Shown here piece after piece: positions 1-13,200 of a DNA stretch of 64,000 nt. Source of the DNA: Callorhinchus milii. Lineage: Eukaryota. The notes under the pieces were generated by a model that did no database searches, had not been told where the DNA came from, and saw nothing but the letters and a program-made list of their open reading frames with translations. The stretch spans positions 69,628,001-69,692,000 of the forward strand of contig NW_024704742.1 of the NCBI RefSeq assembly GCF_018977255.1, written 5' to 3'. The position numbers and the translations under genes were made by a program. Numbering within the stretch: the first letter of the stretch is position 1; each line of letters begins with the position of its first letter.

Positions 1-19
1 ATCACATCTTTGAACCATC

Positions 20-415
20 TTATAGTGCTTCACAGGATATACTGTAAAGTACATTGACTATGTATTTTTTGGGTGAAGCGCAGCTGCACAGAGCAATATC
101 CCACAAACAGCCATGGAGTGAGTGAACAATTTTGTTTGTCAGTCGGGTGTCTGACACATGCGGAAACCCATCACCGTGCTTAAGAGTATCCAAACCAAAC
201 TGAGAATTTGCATGAATCATTTTTTTATTTGGGGAATTGTTGGCCAGGACATCGGGAGAAAGTCCCTTCTCTTTTCGAATTGTGCTACGGTATTTTTAAC
301 ACCCACCACTGAACAGGCGGATGAGATCTCGGTTTAACGTCCCATTTGAAGGACAAATCAGCACACCCCCAGCACAGCATTGGAGTATCATCTTATGTAT
401 TTTGTGGGCCAAACA
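20..415 (-). mobile_element. SINE family B, interrupted by an unclassified repeat end
   Basis: Reverse-complement Deu-like body and tail. Confidence 0.7.
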
Positions 416-1771
416 CAAGTGGGTAGCAATGCTTCCTGACCTCAGTTCTAACCGTCTTAGTCTTGACTTTAAGCCTCTTGTAAACGAATCCCTTGTGCGA
501 GGGGAAGCGTGGTTCCCCGTCTAACCTGCTTTCAATCTCTTAAAGGGAATCGGAGCAGACTGCAAGTGAAAGGCTGAGGCACAGAAGGAAACACAAAGAC
601 AATAAAAGGGGAAAGCCATTATTCAATTGACATTGTCTCAGATTCCAGGAGCATCCGCTGTCCTTGCTTTAATTAAAGGGGCAGTCTGCTCGCTTTGCCT
701 TTATGTTTAACGTGCAATCCATCGTAAAATGATGACTGAAAATGCCAATCTTTTCGCTACATGTTTAAGAGCTGCATTTTGTTGATGTATAAAAAAAAAT
801 CCTTGCATTTGTTCCAGCGCCTTATCATATTGGTAGGACTAGCCTAGAAAGCTGTAGAGGCGGAATCAATAGAAATGCTTAAATTAGACTTGGGCAGTAG
901 AGGTATTAAGACGTATAATAATAATAATAATCCTTGCATTTGATATAGCACTTTATCAAATTGTCTAGACGTCTCAAAGTGCTTCACAGAATGTATCTGA
1001 AAGTGGAGTGACTGCATTTTGTGGGCGAGACACAGCAGCCAGTTGGGCACGACAATGTCCTACAAACAGTCGTGCAGTGAGCGACCAATTTTATGTTGGA
1101 CGATTGTTGGCCAGGACACCGGGAGAGAGAAACTCCCTTCTCGTATAAGGCAAAAGTGTCAGCGTGGCTCAGTGGTAGTGCTCTCACTTCAGAGTCAGAG
1201 TAACAAGGTTGTGAGTTCAAACCCCACGTGGGGACTTGGAATCAAATTGTCCAAGTTAACACTTCAATGCAGTGCTGGTGGTGTGCTTCATTGTTGGAAT
1301 TGTTATCCCTCGGATGAAACGTTATACGGAGGTACCGTTTGCCAGATAACATAACATGTAGGAGCAGGAGTAGGCCATTCGGCCCTTCGAGCCTGCCCCA
1401 CCATTCAATCATGGCTGATCTTCTAATCTAACTCCAGCTAATAATCTAACCTGGTGGATGTTAATGCGCCACAGGATTTTACCGTAAAGTGTAGTGATGT
1501 GCCGGTGACCTCGGCAGCACACAGCATGCGATGAATGTCCCGTAAACAGCTGTGAAGCAGGGTACCAATTTTGTTTGGGACAGGAGAGGAATTAAATCAG
1601 TCGTTCACTTCACAGCTGTTTGCGGCGACATCATTGCGCAAACATGCTGCCGCATTCTCGTAGAAAGCACACGGCTCCAGCGCTTTACCATAAAAAAATC
1701 CTGCGAAGATATCCACTCAAGGTGAAAAGCATGCGCATCAAATGCATTGATTTTTATTATTATTGTTTCAA

Positions 1772-2090
1772 GAGCTGTAGCGTATTGGTTAGAGTACTCA
1801 CCTCGCAAGCGAGAGGACTCGGGCTGGATTCTCGGGCGGGGTGAAACCTTAGGCAAGTTTCCTTATTCCATACATATCTGTAGGAACCCGGTTGTCAGTC
1901 GATTGGCGGATCCCTAACTGAGGGTAATAATCCCTCAAAAAAATTGATCACTCAATTCACGACTGTTTGTGGGACACTGCTGTGTGCAACTGGCTGCCAT
2001 ATTTCGCCCATAAAATATACAGTCAATTCACTTTACAGTTTATTGTGTGAAGTGCTTTGAGACGTCTCAATGACATGTTAAGGTGCTAAA
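1772..2090 (+). mobile_element. SINE family A
   Basis: Colinear with 21586-21908. Confidence 0.85.
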
Positions 2091-2094
2091 TACT

Positions 2095-3295
2095 CTTAAT
2101 GCCCTTGCTCCCCTCACTTCTCCCATCTCCAGTCTCCCTGTCTCCTACTCATGAAAGTTATCCTCCACGTCATCTCCACAAACGGTTTCTCCTCTAGCTT
2201 CCCCACCGTCTTGTGTGGCGTTGCTCAGGGCTCTGTCCTTGGTCCCCTCTTCTTCAATATCTATATTCTCCCTCTTGGTGACATCATCCGCAGACATTGG
2301 GGTCAACTTCCACATGTATGCAGATGACACCCAATTCTATCTCTGCCTCCACCCTCGACTCCAGGGCCACTGCTGCCCTGACAGAATGTCTGTCAGACAT
2401 CAAGTCCTGGATGAGAGCGAACTTTCTTCAGTTGAACGTCAACAAGACCGAGGCTCTCCTGATTGGCTCCCGTCATTACTTCCACACCTCAGGCGCTGAC
2501 AGCGTCACCATCCATGGATGCACATTCCAGCTCACTAAGCCAGTCCAGAACCTTGGCATCTTGTTTGACCTTCAACTATTCTTTCTACCCCACATCTGTA
2601 CCATGACCCGCTCTGCCTTCCCCCATCTCCACAACATTGCGTGGCTCCGACACTGTCTCACAAAGCAGGCCGCCTAAACCCTCATACATGCTTTCATTAC
2701 ATCGAGGCTCGACTATGCAAACTCCTTGCTTGTCAGCCTCCCCAAATCCTTCCACCATAGGCTGCAGATCATCCAGAACTCTGCATCCTGTGACCACTCT
2801 CACACCAGGCTCCGCGACCCTATCACCCCCATCCGTGCCCGACTCCACTGGCTTCCCATTACACGGAGGATACAGTTCAAGATCCTGGTCCTCACCTTCA
2901 AAGCTCTCCATGGCCTTGCTTCCTCCCTACTTCTGCCACCCCCTAACCCCGTACCAACCTGTCTGCTCCCTCCAGTCAGTGGGCTCCGGTCTGCTTAACG
3001 TCCCCCGCCTCGCCCACCCCACCATTGGTGGGAGAGTCTTCAGCTACTCTGCCACCACCCACTAGAACTCCATCCCACAATCCCTCCACTTCACCCCCTC
3101 CCTCGCCTCCTTCAAAACCTCAAGACCCTCCTCTTTGACTGTGCTTTCAATCACCCTGCTGTACCCCCTGCCCTCCACCCTCCCCAATCCCGACCCCCAG
3201 CTCAGGTCCGAAACACTAACTGTCCTGTGCCTTGGGACATCCTTCCAATGTGAAAGGCATTTTCATATTACATATGTAATTTTGTTATTGTTGTA
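2095..3295 (+). mobile_element. L2 3' fragment (RT), decayed
   Basis: [12 protein letters not shown] and HWLP..RIQFKIL fragments in shifting frames; L2 tail. Confidence 0.9.
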
Positions 3296-3924
3296 AATAA
3301 AGTGTAAGATCATTATTATTGTTACAAAGCAATGTTGGCCCCATCAAACTCTTTAACTGCCTGTAAGAAAGTCCATAACTTTCCCTGGCAATCCATTGTG
3401 TTTGCCTGTCCTCCTCCTTCACTCAGGTAAATCAATAATCCTTTGATCCGCACACCGAGATTGAGGATGACTGCTCAGCAATCGTCCAAGCTGTTTGCTT
3501 AGCTCTCTAGCACTTGCGCTCTGTCCTATTGCTCCATTCTGATAATAACATCTCTGGCTATGTTTCAGAGATAAGCACCTGGCGCTCTCCCCCTATGCAG
3601 TGTTTCCAAATTTCTCACGTTCTCAGGCTTAAGACCCATTCATGATTTTCCTCCTTGTGGGGAGGTAAACGGTAACATGTCACCTTGGAGCTGAACTGGC
3701 TCCATGTGACATGTTTGGCAATGGAATGTCGGAATCGAGCCAACCCTGTATGGCAGTCTCTAGTCCGGTTCCTGAGCCAAGCAAGTCTGCAGTATTCCAG
3801 GGTTCATCAGCAGAAACTGAAGGGCAGATCAGTACTCGCTGGTCTCCCCAGCTCCACTATCCACAAAATTTAATGAACTCCAATTCAAATTAATTCTGCC
3901 ACCTGTATACTCACCCACTCTAAA

Positions 3925-4332
3925 TTCTGTACCCCCATCACTCCAGTCTTCGACAGACTTTAAGATCCTCTCACTCATCTACAAATACCCTCACACCCTA
4001 GCACCGATGCCTCCGCTTGGCTGGTTCCAGCCTCCTCCTTGTCCCTCATCCCCTCCGCTCCACCAATGAAGGCCACGCTTTCAGCCACTACACCCCGAAA
4101 CTTTGGAAATCTTTCCCTCAAATCCTCTGCTTTCCCCCTCCTTCTTCATTTTCAAATCATGACTGAAGACCTACCTGTTCAACCGTGCTTACGATCACCT
4201 CCCTTCTTCCCTTGACTTGGTGTCAGGCTCCGCCACTGTTAAGCTCTCCAAGACACTACTCCACATGGAGGGAGCAATATAAATGCTTTGTAAATGTATA
4301 AATATATTTACAAGTTGTTGTTGTTGTTGTTG
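3925..4332 (+). mobile_element. short L2 3' fragment
   Basis: FKILSLIYK-like segment, tail ending (ttg)n. Confidence 0.75.
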
Positions 4333-4666
4333 CTGGAGGAAGGGGCTCTTCCCATTCAGCTCCTGCAAACTAAATCCCTAATGGATTGGTGGGTCCTTGC
4401 TGGACAAGCAGTGGGAAAGCTTTGATATCAAAGGAAGGCTATTCAGTTTTAGCTGGTCAGACTCCAGCAGTTACCCCAACACACACTCTGGGGTCCCCAA
4501 GCCTTGGCTCTTGCCAACCTGCACCTAATACATTTTGGAATTAGGTAAACAGGATGCATCCCTCCAGTGAGAGAGAGAGAATGCATTGTATTCCAATAAA
4601 CATCTCGTGAATTTCCATGTATAGAATGGATGCAGTTTGGTTTGTAGACTCTTAAGCACAAAAAGA

Positions 4667-4958
4667 TACTGCAAAGTGAATATGTTTGTATATGTTTGTG
4701 GGTGAAACAGGGCAATCCACACACAGTAATGGATTGAGTGACCAAATTATTATTTTTATTATTTTTTGTAAGGGATTATTACCCCGGAAAAGTGACCCGT
4801 CAGTTGACTAACAACTGAATTCCTAAATTCCTACTTACTGCGAGGTAAACAGAGGTGTGTGGGGTAAGGAAACTTGCCAAACGTTTTGCCCCAACCGGGA
4901 ATCGGACCCAGGTCCTCTCGCTTGCGAGGCGAGTGTTCTAACCACTACTCCACAGGAC
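4667..4958 (-). mobile_element. SINE family A
   Basis: Reverse-complement head and body. Confidence 0.8.
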
Positions 4959-5321
4959 TTAACACTGGTATAAAAAGCCTTAAAGTCAAGACCCTCTTTG
5001 TAACTTGAATCCTTGGTAACGTCTGAGTTGGTTCTATGTGTTTCCAGTTGTTATGCTCCATATGTGTGCACAAGCCACTATTTGATTTGCAATCAGGTTA
5101 TTTATCTTTTCGTCCCATTTATTTGCGTCAAACCGCAAGTTAAAGTGTTGTTGATGTTCGCTCATTTTCCACTAATCTCTTTGACAGTGTTTTTTTACAC
5201 AATGTATCAGCAGGTAAACTCCACCCAAACCTGAATCACAACACATGTCTCCACTCGGCCTCACTGTAACTGGCACAGCGCCCCCTGGCAGGAGATGCCA
5301 CAAGGGCAACTGCAAGATCGT

Positions 5322-5655
5322 ATCCCTTGCATTCAATATAGCACCTTATCACGTCGTTGAGACGTCTCAAATATACTGTGCATAATATACATAATAAACA
5401 TGATTTATTACCAATTGCACACAGTAGTGTCTCACAAACAGTTGTGGATTGAGTGACCAAATTATTTTTTTGAAAGGGATTATTACCCCAGGAAAGCAAT
5501 CCGCCAAACAACTAACAACCGGGTTCCTACATACTGCTGGGTAAACAGAGGCGTGTGGAGTAAGGAAACTTGCCTAAGGTTTCGTCCCACCTAGGAATCA
5601 AACCCAGGTCCTCTCAACTGTGAGGCGAGCGTGCTATCCACTACACTACGGGACC
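5322..5655 (-). mobile_element. SINE family A
   Basis: Reverse-complement head, body and tail. Confidence 0.85.
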
Positions 5656-6894
5656 ACATTGTGGTGCTGCCAGCCCAAACTATATTGAACTGTCACGCTA
5701 CCCATTCCGTGTCTCTTTAGCACGTGTTATTTTACTTTGGTGATAGTGTGTCAGCCTGGTTCAGTTGGTAGCACTCTCGCTTCTGAGTCAGAAGGTTGTG
5801 AGTTTGAGCTCACGGTTTAGGGTGAAGCTTCATGCAGTATTGAGGGGAACACTACATTGTGAAATTATTATATTATATTATATTTATTATATTATATTAA
5901 TAGCCAGCCTTGCAAGTATCTGCTCGGAAGCCAATCCCAATTTGATAGGAAATCAGTGGTTAGGCAAAATTCCAGATTCCTCACCCGTTGTGAGCCTAGA
6001 TTTCAGATTCATCGTCCTTTGTGAATCCAGATTCCCTATTTGTCACCCCTGGAGATTCTGGACACTGGAAGGAATTTCATGTGATATCTCAGATTGTTAC
6101 ATGAATTCTTACATGATATAAGTGTAAATGGTCTTTTTATCTGGGGGCATTGTTGGCCAGAACTCCAGGAGAAACTCTCTCTTTTCCGATTAGTGTTGTG
6201 GGATCTTTAACGTCAGACGTCTTATCTAGAAGTCGGCACTGCAGACAAAGTAAAGTTTCCCCAGCCACCATGCTGGAGTGTCAACTTACACTGTGAGCTC
6301 AAAAAAAAATTATTAAATTAAAATGACATCCTTGCAATTTATATAACACCTTTCACGGCAGTAGAACGCCTCAGAGCATTTCACAGTGTGTACTGTAAAA
6401 TGCAGACACTGTATAATTTATAGGAAAACACAGCAGCCAATTTACTCACAGCAATGTCCCATACCCTGACTTAGAGGTGAAAGTGCTAATGACTGAGCCA
6501 CGCTGGCACTCCATTACAAACTCATCAACCCCCACCCCCCATCTTCTCCATTCACTCCCTGTTTGTGACGGTGGTGGGGGGAAATGGGGTGGGGGGGGGA
6601 ATGGGGGGGATAGAACTTCACCCCCCTCCAAAACAAATAAGTACACAAATATATTACCAATTGACTATTAAAGTTCTGGGTTTGAGATTCATTATACATT
6701 GTGAACATAAATAGCCTTTGTTTTCTAAAATAATAATCCTTGCATTCGAAATGGCGCATTTCACATCAGGAAATCTCAAAGCGCTTCACGGGATTTACTG
6801 CAAAGCGCAGTGACAATGCACATTTTGTGGGCGAACACAGCAGCCAATATGCACCAGGCAACATCCCGCGATCAGCGGAGTGACCGATGTCATC

Positions 6895-7235
6895 CTGGCT
6901 CTCGCCTCTGAGTTAAAAGGATGTGGTTTCAAGCCCCACATCGGGACTTGAACTCACATAGTCTAAGATGACACTCCAATGCAGCACTGGGGTGGTGAGG
7001 GGGCGGGGGCGGGGCAGGTTGCACTGTCAGGGGTGCCATCCTTCCAATGTGACATTAAACCCAGGTCCTGTCTGCCTGTTCAGGTGGATGTTAAAGATCC
7101 CACGGCACTATTCAAAAAGAGGAGTTTCTCTCTCCTGAAGTCCGGGCTGACAATCCCCCAAATAAAATTGGTCACTCACTTCACGGCGGTGCGCAATTGT
7201 GCTGCATTTGGCTTCACATACTCTGTGCCGCAGTA
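6895..7235 (+). mobile_element. SINE family B
   Basis: Head remnant and Deu-like body. Confidence 0.75.
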
Positions 7236-7299
7236 AATCTTGTATTTTGAGCTCTGGAGACTGTGCACCAATATGACCCTTTTAAAGAGATTTTGTGTA

Positions 7300-7746
7300 T
7301 AGGTGGGGGTGGGGAGGGGGGGGGGAGGAGAGGGTTTTTCTGTGATAGCATTGAGCTTCCAAAGGGTTAAGAGCAATCCTTAACCCTATCCCACCCCCCT
7401 CCCCACCCACCCCCAGCGTTTCCTGATTTATCTGTGGGTTGTGCAATGAGGAGGTGGGTTTGTGGAGGGGGGGGGGGGGGGGAGAGAGAGAAAAGGGTGT
7501 AAATTTGGAAGGGGGGAGATGATTGCTTTAAGTAGCCAGGGTTTGGTGGACGCCAGGCGATAGGTAGAGTTAGGAGTCAGAGCAGAGAGGGAGAGAGAGA
7601 GTGAGAGAGAGTGAGTGAGAGAGAGAGGGAATAACGCTGGGAACCAGTGCAGTACAGTGCATTAAATTCTCTGGGTCGGCAACACAGCAGAGGGACATGA
7701 CTGACATCCATCCACGGGATCTAAGATCTCCCTGAAACTCAAACCA
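7300..7746 (+). promoter_or_regulatory. candidate promoter and non-coding first exon of gfra4
   Basis: Non-transposon G-run/GA-rich region ending in a CCA|gtgagt donor at 7747. A matching acceptor tccttcag at 8461-8468 precedes the ATG exon. Confidence 0.4.
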
Positions 7747-7889
7747 GTGAGTGGATCTGACTTGCAAAATCCTCTTCAAACACTTGCATAGAAAAAGAGG
7801 GAGAGAGAAAGAGAGAGAGAGGGAAAAAATAACAGGATTTATTTAGCAAGAGAATATTTTTTGCCTCGGATTCTCATCCTCTGCCTTCT

Positions 7890-8071
7890 GTCTCCATCTC
7901 TCTCTCTCTCTCTCTCTCACACATACACACACACACTCTCTCACACTCTCTCTCTCTCACACACACTCTCTCTCTCACACACACACACACACTCTCTCTC
8001 ACACACACACTCAATACATTCTCTCCTCTGTCACACACACACTCTCTCTCCATCTCTCTTGCACACTTTCT

Positions 8072-8107
<36 letters not shown>

Positions 8108-8460
8108 CATCTCTCTTACACACTTTCTCTCTCCTCTCTCTCACACACACACACTCAATACATTCTCTCCTCTGTCACACACACACACACTCACTCTCTC
8201 TCCATCTCTCTGACACACTTTCTCTCTCCTCTCTCACACACACACACACTCAATACATTCTCTCCTCTGACACACACACACACACTCACTCTCTCTCCAT
8301 CTCTCTGACACACTTTCTCTCTCCTCTCTCACACACACACACACTCAATACATTCTCTCCTCTGTCACACACACACACACACTCACTCTCTCTCCATCTC
8401 TCTGACACACTTTCTCTCTCCTCTCTCACACACACACACACACATAGAGAGAGAGAGAGA
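7890..8460. repeat. compound (CT)n/(CA)n microsatellite with repeated higher-order units
   Basis: Alternating ctctct and cacaca tracts; the units 'caatacattctctcctctg' and 'ccatctctctgacacactttc' recur. Confidence 0.95.
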
Positions 8461-8596
8461 TCCTTCAGGACTATTGTGTAAGGAATGCTCCCCACAAAGC
8501 TCCGGCAAAGGGCATCTGGTGGCTTCTCCCTGTGTGTGCACAGCCCCGGGCTGACCAGGCGCGGTGGGACTCTCTCTGACTGCTCGTGTCGGAGCG

Positions 8597-8636
8597 ATGG
8601 TTGTCGTTGGCGTTTACTTGCTGTTGGCTCTTCTCG
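8597..8636 (+). CDS. gfra4: GFRA4 coding exon 1, signal peptide MVVVGVYLLLALL(D)
   Basis: Strong Kozak context gcgATGG; 13 hydrophobic codons plus 1 nt, then CG|gtgagt donor. The phase-1 G joins AT of the next exon to give Asp, the same 40-nt layout I recall for GFRA1/2. Confidence 0.85.
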
Positions 8637-8804
8637 GTGAGTGACCGCGACCCCCCACTCCCATCCCATAAAGTTCTTAACGGATAGCGAACGGACGATG
8701 CATTGTACCCTCACCATCACCATCATCATCATCACCATCACCATCACCGAGGGTCGGGTTTGATGTGCGTATTTATGTTTTAATTGCACTGTGTAAATAA
8801 TATG

Positions 8805-9715
8805 CGTGTGTGGGAGTGTGAGTGTGAGTGAGAGTGTGTGTGTGAATGTGTGTGTGATTGTGTGTTGTGTGTGTATGTTTGTGTGAATATGTGTGTGTTT
8901 GATTGTGTGTGTGAGTGTGTATGTGATTGTGTGTGTGAGTGTGTAATTGTGTGTGTGAGTGTGTAATTGTGTGTGTGAGTGTGTGATTGTGTGTGTAATT
9001 GTGTGTGTGAGTGTGTGATTGTGTGTGTAATTGTGTGTGTGAGTGTGTGATTGTGTGTGTAATTGTGTGTGTGAGTGTGTGTGTAATTGTGTGTGTGATT
9101 GTGTGTGAGTGTGTGATTGTGTGTGTGAGTGTGTGATTGTGTGTGTGATTGTGTGTGTGAGTGTGTGATTGTGTGTGTGATTGTGTGTGTGTGTGAGTGT
9201 GTATGTGAGTGTGTATGTGATTGTGTGAGTGTGTGATTGTGTGTGTGAGTGTGTGTGTGATTGTGTGTGTGATTGTGTGTGTGAGTGTGTGATTGTGTGT
9301 GTGATTGTGTGTGTGTGTGTGTGTGAGTGTGTGTGTGAGTGTGTATGTGATTGTGTGTGTGATTGTGTGAGTGTGTGATTGTGTGTGTGAGTGTGTGTGT
9401 GAGTGTGTGTGTGATTGTGTATGTGATTGTGTATGTGATTGTGTATGTGATTGTGTGTGTGTGATTGTGTGTGTGATTGTGTGTGTGAGTGTGTGATTGT
9501 GTGTGTGATTGTGTGTGTAATTGTGTGTGTGAGTGTGTGTGTGATTGTGTATGTGATTGTGTGAGTGTGTAAATGTGTGTGTGTGTGTGTGAGTGAGTGT
9601 GAATGGGTGTGTGAGTGAGTGTGTGTGAGTGTGTGTGTGTGTGAGTGAGTGAGTGTGTGCGTGAGAGTGAGTGTGTGAGTGTAAGTGTGAGTGAGTGTCT
9701 ATGTGAGTACGGGTG
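8805..9715. repeat. (TG)n-based microsatellite (gtgtgtgatt / gtgtgtgagt units)
   Basis: Directly visible. Confidence 0.95.
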
Positions 9716-9984
9716 TGAAAATTGGAAATATTTCAGATCAGATTCGATGAAATCCTTAACGCAGCGAATCCGTTTAGAAATGGCGCAAATTTGCAGTTCA
9801 ATGTGTTTCTAAATCTATGAATTGAATATCAGGACAGTATTAATAAAGCTGTGCCCCTGAAATACACACCCGAGAGGTTGAGAGAGACACTGGACAGCTT
9901 GTCTCCTCTGGTATTTAAGGAACATTTTGCGATGTCTTGTCAGTTTCCTGCATAATATAACTTCGCCTAACTCTCCCCCTCCCA

Positions 9985-10108
9985 AACACACACACAAACA
10001 CATTCACACACACAAACACATTCACACACACAAACACATTCACACACACAAACACATTCACACACACAAACACACACATTCACACACACAAACACACACA
10101 TTCACACC
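9985..10108. repeat. 18-bp CA-rich tandem (cacacacacaaacacatt)
   Basis: Several consecutive copies visible. Confidence 0.9.
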
Positions 10109-10225
10109 CACAGCGCTCCCTGGTTTTGCGCTGAGTTTGTTTAAGGCAGAGCACGAGAGAGGAATGAATCTCCAGCGTTAAACTTACATAGAACCTTGGG
10201 TTCATAGCGATGTGTGGAGCATAAA

Positions 10226-13200
10226 CTACACACTGTCCACTACACACTGTCCACTACACACTGTCCACCATACACTGTCCACCATACACTGTCCACTACA
10301 CTCTGTCTAAAATAAACTGTCCACTATACACTGTCCACTATACACTGTCCACTATACACTGTCCACTATACACTGTCCACTACACACTATCCACTACACA
10401 CTGTCTACTATACACTGTCCACAGCACATTGTCCACTACACACTGTCCACTACACACTGTCCACTATACACTGTCCACTATACACTGTCCACTACACATT
10501 GTCTACTATACACTGTCCACTACACACTGTTCACTACACACTGTCCACTACACACTGTCCATTATACACTGTCCAAGATACACTGTCCACTACACACTGT
10601 CCATTATACACTGTCCACAACACACAGTCCACAACACACTGTCCACTACACACTGTCCACAATACACTGTCCACTACACATTGTCTACTATACACTGTCC
10701 ACTACACACTGTTCACTATACACTGTCCACTATACACTGTCTATTATACTCTGTCCACGATACACTGTCCACTACACACTGTTCACTATACACTGTCCAC
10801 TACACACTGTCCATTATACACTGTCCAAGATACACTGTCCACTACACACTGTCCATTATATACTGTCCACAACACACTGTCCACTACACACTGTCCACAA
10901 TACACTGTCCACTATACACTGTCTATTATACTCTGTCCACGATACACTGTCCACTACACACTGTTCATTACACACTGTTCATTACACACTGCCCATCATA
11001 CACTGTCCACTATACATTGTCCATTACACACTGTCCATTACACACTGTCCATTACACACTGTCCACTACACACTGTCCACTACACACTGTCCACTATACA
11101 CTGTCCACTACACACTGTCCACTACACACTGTCCATTACACACTGTCCACTACACACTGTCCATTACGCACTGTCTACTATACACTGTCCACTACACACT
11201 GTCCATTATACACTGTCCATTATACAGTGTCTGCTACACACTGTCCACTACACACTGTATACTGTAAATTATACACTGTCCACTACACGCTGTCTACTAT
11301 ATACTGTCCACTACACACTGTCAAATATACACTGTACACTGTCCACTACACACTGTCCATTATACACTGTCCACTACGCACTGTCCACTATACCCTGTCC
11401 ACTACAGACTGTCCACTACAGACTGTCCATTATACACTGTCCACTACACACTGTCTACTAGACACTGTCCATTATACACTGTCCACTACACATTGTCTAC
11501 TATACACAGTCCACTACACACTGTCCACTACACACTGCCCACCACACACTGCCCACTACACACTGCCCACTACACACTGCCCACTATACACTGTCCACTA
11601 TACTGTCCACTATACTGTGTCCACTATACACTGTCCACTACGCACTGTCCACGATACACTGTCCACGATACACTATCCACGATACACTGTCCATTATACA
11701 CTGTCCACTACACAGTGTCCACTACACACTGTCCATTATACAATGTCCACGATACACTGTCCATTATACAGTGTCTACTACACATTGTCCGCTACACACT
11801 GTCCACTGTACTCTGTAAATTATACACTGTCCACTACACACTGTCTACTATACACTGTCTACTATACACTGTCCACTACACAGTGTCCATTACACACTGT
11901 CCACTACACACTGTCGACTACACACTGTCCACTATCCACTATGCACTGTCCACTACACACTGTCCACTACACACTGTCCGCTACACGCTGTCCACTATAC
12001 GCTGTCCATTATACACTGTCCACTATACACTGTCCACTACACACTGTCCACTACACACTGCCCAGTACACACTGTTCACTACACACTGTCCACTACACAC
12101 TGTCCGCTACACACTGTCCGCTACACGCTGTCCACTATACGCTGTCCACTATACACTGTCCACTGTACACTGTCCACTATACACTTTCCATTATGCAGTG
12201 TCCATTACACACTGTCCATTAAATACTACCCACTATACACTGCCCACTATACACTGTCCATTATACATTGTCTACTATACACTGTCCACTATACCCTGTC
12301 CACTACAGACTGTCCACTACACACTGTCCATTATACACTGTCCACTACACACTGTCTACTAGACACTGTCCACTAGACACTGTCCATTATACACTGTCCA
12401 CTACACATTGTCTACTATACACAGTCCACTACACACTGTCCACTACACACTGCCCACCATACACTGCCCACTACACACTGCCCACTACACACTGCCCACT
12501 ACACACTGCCCACCATACACTGTCCACTATACTGTCCACTATACTGTGTCCACTATACACTGTCCACTACGCACTGTCCACGATACACTGTCCACGATAC
12601 ACTATCCACGATACACTGTCCATTATACACTGTCCACTATATACTGTCCACTATACACTGTCCACTACACAGTGTCCACTACACACTGTCCATTATACAA
12701 TGTCCACGATACACTGTCCATTATACAGTGTCTACTACACATTGTCCGCTACACACTGTCCACTGTACTCTGTAAATTATACACTGTCCACTACACACTG
12801 TCTACTATACACTGTCTACTATACACTGTCCACTACACAGTGTCCATTACACACTGTCCACTACACACTGTCGACTACACACTATCCACTATCCACTGTC
12901 CACTATGCACTGTCCACTACACACTGTCCACTACACACTTTCCACTATACACTGTCCACTACACACTGTCCACTACACACTGTCCACTACACACTGTCCG
13001 CTACACACTGTCCGCTACACGCTGTCCACTATACGCTGTCCATTATACACTGTCCACTATACACTGTCCACTACACACTGTCCACTACACACTGCCCAGT
13101 ACACACTGTTCACTACACACTGTCCACTACACACTGTCCACTATACACTGTCCACTGTACACTGTCCACTATACACTTTCCATTATGCAGTGTCCATTAC

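Noticed and set aside
5965..6100. Recurring cagattc motif
   Set aside because: Short and irregularly spaced; not distinguishable from a decayed tandem repeat.
8712..8748. Poly-histidine tract
   Set aside because: Alternative frame of a short CAC/CAT microsatellite with no suitable start or splice context.
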